DNA from: the human T2T-CHM13v2.0 reference genome, Homo sapiens
Length of the DNA stretch: 64,000 bases
Direction: 5' to 3' (one strand)
Assembly: GCF_009914755.1 (NCBI RefSeq)
Contig: NC_060936.1
The position numbers and the translations under genes were made by a program. Positions 53,265 to 64,000 of this stretch are shown here, one piece after another. Each line of letters starts with the position of its first letter. The stretch's first letter is position 1. Below the pieces are notes generated by a model. It made no database searches. It saw only the letters and a program-made list of their open reading frames with translations, and was not told the origin of the DNA.

Positions 53265-54950
53265 TATAGATTAAATATTTACTAGATGCCTGCTGTGTAC
53301 CAGGCACTACACTATTCAATGGTGGAACAGCAATAAACAAAACAGAAAAATTAAAATCTGCCTTCATGGAGATTACACTCTAGTGGAGAGAAAACAATCA
53401 GTAAGTAACACAACCATTAAGTGTTTTGGCTAGTGGAAACTGCTATAGAGAAAAATAAAGCAGGGAAAACTGGTGGTGGGAGCTGCAACTTTAAGCCGAA
53501 TGATCAAGGAAGACCCCGCTAAGAAGAGATGCTTGAGGAAACACAAGAGAGAAAGGGAAAGAGTGCTCCAGGAATCTGGACAGAGGCTTCCCAGCAGAGG
53601 AAACCGCCCATAAAAAGGCCTGGAAGGATGTCTATTGTGTTCCTAGAGGCGGGGTCAGCTGGAAAAGGAGGGAAGGAAAAGCAGTAGGAAATCAAGTCAA
53701 AGAAGAAGTGGGGATGGGGAAAGATCCCATGGGGTGCTGCAGACCACTAGCTTTTACTCTGAGGTGGGGAGCTAATCAGGGGCTTTGGGCAGAGAAGTGG
53801 CATAGTCTGATTTATATTTTAAATGAATCATTCTGGCTCTCATGTGTATAAAAAGAAAGCAGAGGGGTCAAGAAAAAGGCAGGGTGAACACGTAGCAGAC
53901 TCTTGAAATACTCCAAGTGAGAGATGGGTGGCATTTGGGATCAGGGTGATTGTAGTGGAAGTGATAAGAAACAGATTTCAGTTATAATTAGGGCCTAGAT
54001 TCAAAGGATTTCCTAGCCGACTGGATAAGGGGCACATGAGGTAGTCAAGGACAACTCCAAGGCTTTTGGTGCAAGCCCCAGGAGGAATGCTCTGACCTGC
54101 TAAGCAGGAGATGGTGGACAAAACAGGGAAGTCGGGTGCAAGCATCTGGAGATCAGGAGACAGGTCTGGGCTGAAATCTAGATTTGGGAGTTCTCTGCAA
54201 CACAGAAGGTATTCCAAGCCATGAGACAAGATGAGATCCCCAAAGGAGTAAATGTAGAGAAGAGGAGAGCTCTGAGGCTGGCCCAAATTAAGAGGTCTGG
54301 GAGATGAAGAGGAATCTGCAAAGGAGATGGGGGAAAGAGCAGCCTACAGAAAAAGCTGGGAGAATATGGTGTCCAAAAGCCAAAGAAAATGGCCCATAAA
54401 GACATGATTTACTTGTGTCAAATGCCTTTGGTAGGACAAGTAGGACTGAAGACAGTCCTTGCACTGACCAACACAGAGGGCACAGTAAAGTTGACAAGAG
54501 CAATGCCAGTGGAGTGGTAAGGATGAGAGCCTGTCTGGATAGGGTTCAGAAAAAAAGGGAAGAGAGGAACTACAGAGAAGGAATATAGGCAACTGTTTTA
54601 TGTAAAATAAAGGAGACAAATAGGATAGTAACTGAAAGATAAAGTGGGGCAGAAACAGAAATTTTTAAGACTGCAAAAATAACAGCATGTGTCCATGCTT
54701 ATGGGAATAACCCAGTAGAAGAAGAAATTTTATGAGACAAAAGAGAAAGAGCTGGAATGACAGCTTTGAATAGGAGACAGGGAGAGGCCTTAGCCAGTTC
54801 ATCTATAGAAACAGGAAGAAGACGCATCTGTGCAAGGCCCAGGCAGGAACAGCTGAGGAAACCCAAAAGAGAGGAGGGAGTGTGGAATGGGAGCCCATAG
54901 AAGCTCTCATTCTCAGCCATAAAGTAAGCAAGACACTTTCCTGAGATACA
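53265..54950 (-). mobile_element. L2 3' portion with reverse-transcriptase remnants
   Basis: ORF 54288..54503 has LLVLPKAFDT (compare LLDLSAAFDT). ORF 53978..54286 has PQSSPLLYIYSFGDLILSHG...SPDLS (compare PQGS...SLGDLIxSHG). The L2 3' end is at ~53270. Confidence 0.85.
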
Positions 54951-55800
54951 TACAATAGTAAGATCCCAGAAATGTACTTCATGTATCATGACCCCTTGCT
55001 AATTCATGCAATGAGTTAAAAATCTGGGGGAAAAAATACACCCACACCACTATTATACGATTAGATTGCAACATTTTTGTCATTATTTCCTAAAAATGTC
55101 CTTCCATAGAATAAGAAGTAAAATCTAATTTGGAAAAAAGTATCTTGCCACAGTGTTTTGTTATGTGTGTGTCTGTGCCTTTTAAAACAAAAATCTGCGT
55201 GAAGTAAAATAATGATCTAAAGGGAAGAGTAAAAAAACAAAATGTAAAAAAGGCCCTGTGCTATATGTAAACTAAACATACACCTTTATTCCTTCTTCCA
55301 AACTCTATGTCCAGCTGTAATTTTTTAGGTAGTTGCAATCAATAGGTCCATACAAGTAGGTTCTATTCTTTGGGCTTAATATTTGCAGGATATGTGTATC
55401 TAAGGTCTACACATTTTTGTGTTTAATGTCAATGTGATGTGGTCTAACTAATCATTTCCCAATTACTAGGCACTTGGAGGTTCCTCCTAGCTTTTTAAAA
55501 TTACATATTGCATATCTATAAATACTTTTAAACAAAATGAGTTTTTCTTTATTTCCTTATATTACAATCCCTCAAGTGAAATTTCCAGATCAAAGAATTA
55601 TTAGCAACTTTACAAATGAACTGCAAGAGCACAGTATATAATACATATTAGTAATTCAAAATAAACTTGTTGAATGAAGAAAAATGAATGAAGCATGTTA
55701 AACATGTCAGCTTTTTATCTAGAATATTCTCTATAGAAAATTATTGCAATTTATTTTACAAGCAGAAAATCATATTTTCCTAGGGAACAACTTAGCCTGA

Positions 55801-56123
<323 letters not shown>

Positions 56124-57261
56124 AGCCCTGAGTTTTTAATTTGCTAATTTAGTAAGTATCGTGTTCTTTTAATTTTCACCTGTAATTAGTAACAAGGTTT
56201 AACACTTTCCCAAGAGTCTATTTACTAACTGTATTTTTCTTGTTGTATACAGTCTATTCAGTATAATTTGAGGATAAATATATTTTCTTTTAAGTAAATA
56301 AATTTACCATAATATTTTTCCAATCTGTTGCCTTGCTTTTAAAATCTCTGCTTTGAGGTTTTAAAAATTATAATAAAAGATGTCATCAATATAGATAAGA
56401 AAAAAAACAAAAAAAATTAGAGACTCTTAAACCAATATACTAGAGAAGATGAGACCTAAATTTCATTTACATTATTTTAAATTCATATTCCTATTTCCTC
56501 TTCTCAGTTACTTCGTTCTTTTCCCTCTTATTTGCTCAATACTAAACTCTTCCAAACAGTTGGATCTATCACTGGAATTCTGATTCTGTTCCATTCATCC
56601 TATACTGGTTTTAATAATATATACAGTATACCCTATACATTATATATATATTATTTCTTTGCATTAATTTCTTCTGTCTATAACTACTGTCTTACTACTG
56701 TTCCCTCAATCTGATTACAATCATTTTGTGAAATTCTAGAAAGTATCATCTTGGGATTTTCATTGCTAGCACATTAAATACTAATACTAATTTACGAAAC
56801 ATTATAGTGACCATATTTCGCTTTCACAATCAAAAACTGGATTTATCATATAATAGAAAGGTGGGGTGCACACTGGTTCTTGATCAGATTTAAATCTCAG
56901 CACTGTTACTAACAGTGCTAATTTCCCTAATTTCTCTACACTTCCTTTAATTCATACTTAAACTAAGGAAAATACCAATGTTCCTACTTACTGAGGTGAA
57001 TGCAAACATATACACCTATAGGCATAAAGAATGAGCTTTGTTTTAGAGCCTACTTTTTATAATGCCTCTGTTAAGCTGCTAAAAAGCATTATATCAAAGG
57101 AAATGAAGATAATATATTTTCACAAAGAATGTATTCTAGGGAACAAAATGACATACTCCTAGAAGTAAAATCTAGTATTTTATTAGAACTTCCAAAAAGC
57201 TTACTCTCAAGGGGCATGACAAATGACTCCAACAGTTTTAGTTTTGTGTGTGTTTAGCAAA

Positions 57262-58410
57262 AACAAATAGGACTACATCAAACTTAAAAACTGTACATCA
57301 AAAGACACAATAAACAGTGAAAAAGCAACCAATGGAATGAAAGAAAACATTTGCAAATCATATATCTGATAGGGGGTTAATATTCAGAATACATAAGGAA
57401 CTTCTACAACTCAATAGCAACTGCAATAAACCAATTAAAAATAGGTCAGGGACGTGAAAATGCAATAAACAATTTTCCAAAGAAGATATACAAATGTACA
57501 AGTGGCCAACAAGCCTATGAAAAAATGTTCCACATCACTAATCATAAGAGAAATGTAAATCCAAACCACCATATCACTTCATATCCATTAGGATGGCCAC
57601 TGTCAAAAGAAAAGAAAACAACAAATATTGGTGGGAATATTGAGAAATTGGAACCCTGTATACTGCTGGTAGCAATGTAAAATGCAGCCACTATGGAAAA
57701 TGGGATAGAAGTTCCTCAAAAAATTAGAAATAGAACTACTACATGGTCCAGCAATCTCAATTCTGGGTATATATCCAAAATAATTCAAAGAAGGACCTCA
57801 AAGAGATGTATGCACTCCCATCTTCATTGCAGCATTATCCACAACAGCCAAGAGGGAGAGGCAACTCAAAGGTCCATCAACAGACGAATGGATAGATTAA
57901 ATGCGCTATATATGTGTATATGTATGTATATATGTATATATGTGTATATATGTATATATGTGTATATATATGTATATATGCATATATGTGTATTTATTTT
58001 TATATGTGTGTGTATATATAGGTGTGTATATATATACACACACATATACACAATGGAATATTATGCAGCCTTTAAAAAGAGGGAAACTCTATCATATGCT
58101 ACACCATGATGAACCTCAAGTGAAGTAAGCCAACAAAGGACAAATACTGCATGATTCCACTTACGTGAAGTATCCAAAGCAGTAAAAATCATAGAAACAG
58201 AAGGTAGAAAGGTGGGTTGCCAAGGGATAGGGAAGAGAGGCTGGGGAATTTGTGTTTAATAGACACAGTGTTTCAGTTTTGCAAGATGAAAATGTTCTAG
58301 AGATGTGTTGTGCAACAATGTGAATATACCTAACAATACTGAACTGTACACCTTAAAATGGGTTAAGAGTATAAATGTTATGTGTTCTTTACCACAATAA
58401 AAAAATAAAT
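57262..58410 (+). mobile_element. L1M (L1MB-like) 3' fragment
   Basis: GGACTACATCAAACTTAAAA (ORF2 end) through the 3'UTR ending TTTACCACAATAAAAAAA. Confidence 0.88.
57907..58051 (+). repeat. Compound (TA)/(TG)/(CA) microsatellite inside the L1 fragment
   Basis: About 145 bp of mostly alternating purine-pyrimidine sequence. Confidence 0.93.
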
Positions 58411-58514
58411 CTATACTAAAACAAACAAAAGTAATGTCCACATGACATATCATGGTAAAGAACAATTATGCTAGTTTCAGGGAGGAGTGAGTGAGTGAGT
58501 GAGTGTCACAGACT

Positions 58515-58725
58515 GGTTGAGCACAGGCTGGGAAGCCAGACCTCTTGGGTTTGAACTCTGGCCCCACCCAGTAGCTTTGTGATCATGAGAAAGTTACTTC
58601 AACTCTTTCTGCCTAAATATCCTTATCTTAAAATAAAGGTAACCGTATTATCCCCCTGGGTTATTATGAAGACTATGTGAATTAGCCATGTGCAAAATGT
58701 TTAGAAGTTAAGCATTCAACAAGTC
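58515..58725 (+). mobile_element. MIR remnant
   Basis: GGGTTTGAACTCTGGCCCCACC...AAGTTACTTCAACTCTTTCTGCCT...GGGTTATTATGAAGA. Confidence 0.7.
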
Positions 58726-58734
58726 TTAAGTACT

Positions 58735-58950
58735 ACGTCCAGGGTGTTGGCCGCTAAGCTGATGGCCAATCCACACCCTGCCAAGAGGATGGACTGCCTA
58801 GACTCCTCCCAGTGCAGCGGCAGGGTGGCGCTAAAATCAGAAGAACACTGGTGCCATTGCTCGCTGGTGACCAGCTGTCACGGTGCTTGGCCCTGCTGTG
58901 AAACGATGCTCCTGCCACGTGGCCTTGGACACATGCTGCAGACCGCACCA
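58735..58950. promoter_or_regulatory. Candidate regulatory element with a CTCF-like motif and an E-box
   Basis: Nine CpGs in about 210 bp in a CpG-poor background; CGGCAGGGTGGCGCTA at 58818-58833; CACGTG at 58916-58921. Confidence 0.45.
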
Positions 58951-60575
58951 TTTCAAATGGTGGCCTTTAATAAAAGGCCTAACTAGAAAGCATGTAGTAC
59001 TCTCAACTTGAGTTTAGAAGTACCCGTAAAACTTTTTTCTCTCTTTCTACAACCAGAGAAATTAAATTTTACATGTGGGAAAAGTTTGAGGTTTTTCTGG
59101 TGAGTATGAATTTTCCTCCTGACAATGGAAGTTTTGATACTATTAGAAATAGGTGCTATAAGAAGTGTTGCTACTATTTATTACTCTGATGGGTCACAGG
59201 AAAAAGAAAGGTAAAGAAATGGAAAAAGGTGTAGACAAGAAAGATGTACAAAGGAGCCAACTACAATATGAGAAAAAGAAAATTAGACTCAGGTGATTTT
59301 GGGTAAAGATAGCAACGACTGCTTGCTATTTCAGTTCTCTTAGCAGTTTCTACATCATTAAAGGTGTTCAAAAAGATGTTAGTGTGAAGTCAGTTAACTT
59401 TGAGTGTGTTCTTACTTTAAGTTTATAATCCATAAGAGGGCAAAATGGATGAATGAAAAAGCACAATGTTTTCCAAGGAAGTCACGTGAACAATTTCACA
59501 TAACTCACGTTAACAGACTTACGTTATCTTACTGACAACTCACTTGAAGAGGGTGTTGCTATACTACTAGGCAAACACAACTAGATCATAATCCTCACTA
59601 TAACTGCAGTGTCAGTCCCTAGGCTGCCAGACAGAAAAGGGGAGGGAACAAAGCTGTTAATGTGTATAAAACAAGGAAATACAAGAAGTCAAAGGAGGCT
59701 TTATGTGTCAGTTTCACACCAGTAGGAAGCATAAATCCAATACAGAATTCCTGCCTTCAAAAACAACCAAAAAGAAAGAAAGTGGGGAGTAGTGGAAAAA
59801 AAAAAATTTGAGCACCTCCCCCCAAAACTGTATTTTAGCTGATTAACTATTTGAAAATTAGGAGCTTCTGCCCAACTATGCTTACCTTAAATGACATTCT
59901 TTGTTGACATTGATCTCAACATTGCATTTTTTTGATCAAACAAGATTTTACATTTCATTTGCACTGAGGAAGAATTCAAAGTGCTGTTTGAAAAAAAATG
60001 TGGTATTTTTAAAAGTATTACTCAACAGGCCATAATATACTAATTACAAGCTGCAATTTACAGCTACAAATTGTGTTCAAGTAGAGGGAGTCCGGAAAGA
60101 GGCTGACACAGGAGAAACTGATGTAAATCTAAGATTAATTCAACGAATCCCGTGCTGTATAAATTAGTATGTCAATTCTCAGGAAAGGTTTTGAATACTG
60201 GTGACTATCAAATTTAGAGATTTCTTGATATTCCCTACACAGGCCCTAAATCACCACTTATAATAAGCAGTAGAATAAATGCCAACACCAGGGAGAAAGG
60301 GCTAATGGGTATGCTTTTTCACTGACTGTGTACATGCTAATAGTGTTAACAGTACTATGCTCTTGTACTTTGTGTTTTCTAGACAATTTCTTTTGTGTTA
60401 TGCATGGGAGATACACAATGATAGAAAATAAATAAAGCAAATGAGCAAACTCATATTCTTCAATCCTGTTGTAACTAACCACACTTCAAAACCTTGATTA
60501 TAGGTACAATACTGCTAAACAAACACCTGAAAATGGGATTGTGTGTAAAGAACATACAAAATAAGATTAACCCTG

Positions 60576-60907
<332 letters not shown>

Positions 60908-63900
60908 TCATTTCTGGGATGGAAAACGTATGTCCTATTTGAAATTCGACTTTTCACGTTTAAAAAGTTCAGATGGTCATGGTAGCAGGCAGCGACAATG
61001 GAGAAAGTCTAGTGTCAGGACTCAAGTGGAAGAGAAAAATAAACTAGAGGAACCAAAGATGACTCTGGTGAACCAATAAAAAAAAAAGAAAAGAAAACCC
61101 AAAATAATGCCATATTTAAAACAGGCACGCAGTATTTTTTTTACAACCAGTCAAGAAAACAGAACCCTTAAATCAAAACAAATACACATATCCCTGACTT
61201 CTGATACTTAAGGTCTTTTACTATACAATTCATTTAATACCCATTAATAACTACACTCTACTCCTTGCTATCTTCGCCTTTGTCAAAGGTTTCTACTGAA
61301 GGGTCCACTGACTCCTTCCATATCAGTAATTCACGGTCACATGCTATGCTTTACCCATCCTGTAGTAGCCATCTCAGCAAATGATTGCTAATACCCAAAA
61401 TTTCAAAGACATGAGAAGACTTAAGAAAGAAGGTAAAAGAGCTTAAAAGTATAATGGGAAAACAAAAACCCTCACATCTCAGATTCAAGAGATGTTAAAT
61501 CTGATTACATTATTTACTGTTAAAAACCTCTAAAAGCTCTCCAAATAAACCATATTCAGCCTAATCCCCCCAAAACATTCCAGTCTCATGACCACCTCAT
61601 CACCACCCTCACTCATCTATGCTTCAAATACTAATTTGATTTTTCTGTGCCTTTACACCAGCTATTAACTCCACCTTAAATGCCCAGTAGGGTAACAGAG
61701 CAAAAGACTCAAGGTTGTTTGTTTTTTTTTTTTAATCCTGTCTCTGTAATCAGTGACCTTGCCATTTAACTGTTTCCACACCCAACAAAAGGAGACCCAT
61801 TCCTCAGACTCAGGAAGATTAAATGAGGTAATATGTGTAAAGTACTACCACCAGGTCTCGAACATACTAAAGCACTAAATAAGCACTTTTCTGGCTACAT
61901 CTACATCATCTGCTGAACACCTACTCACTCTTCAAACCCTACTTTGAATATCCCACTGTAGAACTTTCCTCAATCCTGTGTTCTATTTTTTTCCCTGAAA
62001 GAATCAACTGACCACTTACTCTTCTGTGTGTCATCTGGCACTACAGAGAAATGTCTCTTTTAATTGCTTGTTTATGTATCTTTCTACTCCATTATAAAAT
62101 GAACACCTCCAGGGTGGGATTTTTATCTAATTACTGCCTGCCCCATATCTGACAGGATCCATAATGGAAGCTTAATTAGCAAGTGTTGAATAGATAATGA
62201 TTTCATTAAACTATTACAACCAAAACCTTTAGATGCCCTTTCAAATATTTTGATAATGCACTATTTTTGTGGTTTGAAAAGAACAATCCTACCTTAAAGT
62301 GCTACCCGACCAGCAATGGAATTTGGATTTTTTTTTTTCGTTTTTGCTCACCATTCATTTATTCAACAAGTATCTCCTATGTGGCAGGAATATATCAGTG
62401 AACAAAATGAGCAGAAATCCTTGACCCACATGGGCCGTATATTTTACCACAGGTAAACGTGTGGAGGAAAGAAGTTCTTAGAGCAAACTTGTCTGAAAAA
62501 GGTATCAAAAGCCACATTTTGTTATTCATCAACATTTCCTAAATATCATAAGGACAAAACAACAAATCCCTGACTACACATAAAATTTAACTACTTAAAA
62601 AACAATGGCATAAAATTAACCCAGATTGTGTACCAAACAAGCAAACTGATTTAATGTCCCTCAAAAAATGCTCATGTTAGGAACCCATTTCCTTGTAGCT
62701 TAAAAAAAAGTGATTTTCTTTGTAAGTTTTAATGATTTTATGTGTATAATTACATGCTTTGCATAGATCCTAATTTTAATCCTAATTTGAAGTGGATTTA
62801 TTTCATTACTGTTTTGTTTTGAATGCGGCCTATTTCAAAGCCTGTTTATGATCTTAAAACATTCTTCATTTTGTAAATGAAGAGGGCTTTTACGAAACTG
62901 CCTCAGGGCTTCTATTCTGAGAGGTATGTTTCTGGAAGTGAGATGGGCCACACCAGAACTGAATGGAGAACATATCTAAACTGGGCTTCTCTATTGAACC
63001 AACCAGCCCAGAGACCACAGAATGAGGCTGCAAGACAGAGAGGCCTCCACAGCTCTTGCACACCAACACTTCCAATCTGATCTCCTGCTTTGTCCTCTAT
63101 TGCTGCTTCCACCTATTCCCCAAGTATGCCCTATGCTTTCCTTCCTTTACCCATTTTGCCCCTTGCTTAGAACGTCCTTTCCTCGTTTCTGTTAAAATAC
63201 TGACATGTCAACATACCATTTCCATTGGTAAGAGCTTCTGGCTTCCCTCTGTTGGAGATAACTGTACCCCCTCTGAATTCATCAGCCATCTCTGATAACC
63301 TATCTTATAAAGCTTAGCAAGTTCTACGTTGCTTTTGCCCCAGCTTGCTACATTTACTAAAGTATAATACATTCTCCTCACTATTCAGCTCACAACATCT
63401 GGAAGGGGACCTTACACAGAACAGGGCTCAATTCGCAGGTCAGATAAAAAGAGTAAACATAATACCCAAGATTTTAACCAATACCTGCCATAGCAAAACA
63501 CTAGGAAGCTTCATTTAGACAGCTCTGCAAAGCATGATTCAATTTCAAAATTACAGAAAAGATTGAGGTTGACAGAACAATTCTTGCTACCTAAAATGAT
63601 GTTATTTCTATGTCAGAAGCAACAAAAAAGGTCCAGATGTCCCAAGCAGACAATGCTGAGAAAAGAATCGTGGTCACTTAAACAGCAGGTTATTTGTTGA
63701 AGGGTCCTGAAGGCCCAAGTAGTTTCCACACAAATAGGTTTCATTTCAGCTGGATTTTTTGGTCACTTTGGATATTTTTGTGCCAACTTAATATGTTACG
63801 GAGAGCTTTGCCCTACCTTTGCTAATTAACAGTACAATAAACAGCAAAAGGAAGGTCACTACTGACAAACTTTGAATATAAAGTGCAGTGAGCTGGGTTT

Positions 63901-64000
63901 TAGGCTCATGGTTCCCGCATGTGGAGTTGAATATATGGCCTTTGCTTCCCTTCAGAACCCACAGAGAAAGGGTGAAAAGCACAAACATCAAACAAGTGGT

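Noticed and set aside
62800-64000. SLC2A13 promoter or first exon
   Set aside because: No CpG island or HMIT N-terminal coding sequence inside the window; it is expected beyond the right edge.

Overview
AT-rich, CpG-depleted primate (very probably human) genomic DNA lying inside a large minus-strand gene. The only coding sequence I can support is a 160-nt exon (7956-8115, minus) encoding a sugar-porter MFS segment that I recognise as SLC2A13 (HMIT, H+/myo-inositol symporter), probably exon 2. About 56 kb to its right is the upstream intron and about 8 kb to its left is the downstream intron. The rest is an RPL30 processed pseudogene fused to an Alu, about 17 Alus, a 13-kb nested block of sense-oriented L1s, two MER21-type solo LTRs, Tigger/hAT DNA-transposon fossils, L2/MIR remnants and tandem repeats. 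I see no novel gene system. The most unusual signal is structural. Three 100-200 bp segments appear to have been copied from 0.7-1.5 kb to the right into purine-pyrimidine-alternating tracts inside retroelements. Two of them share the 10-mer CATGTACACA at the left junction, and one ends in a snap-back hairpin. Also notable are an apparent RPL30-Alu chimeric retrocopy under one TSD pair and a hairpin over the predicted branch point of the SLC2A13 exon. Repeat subfamily calls are from recall of consensus sequences, and repeat boundaries are approximate unless a TSD is quoted.
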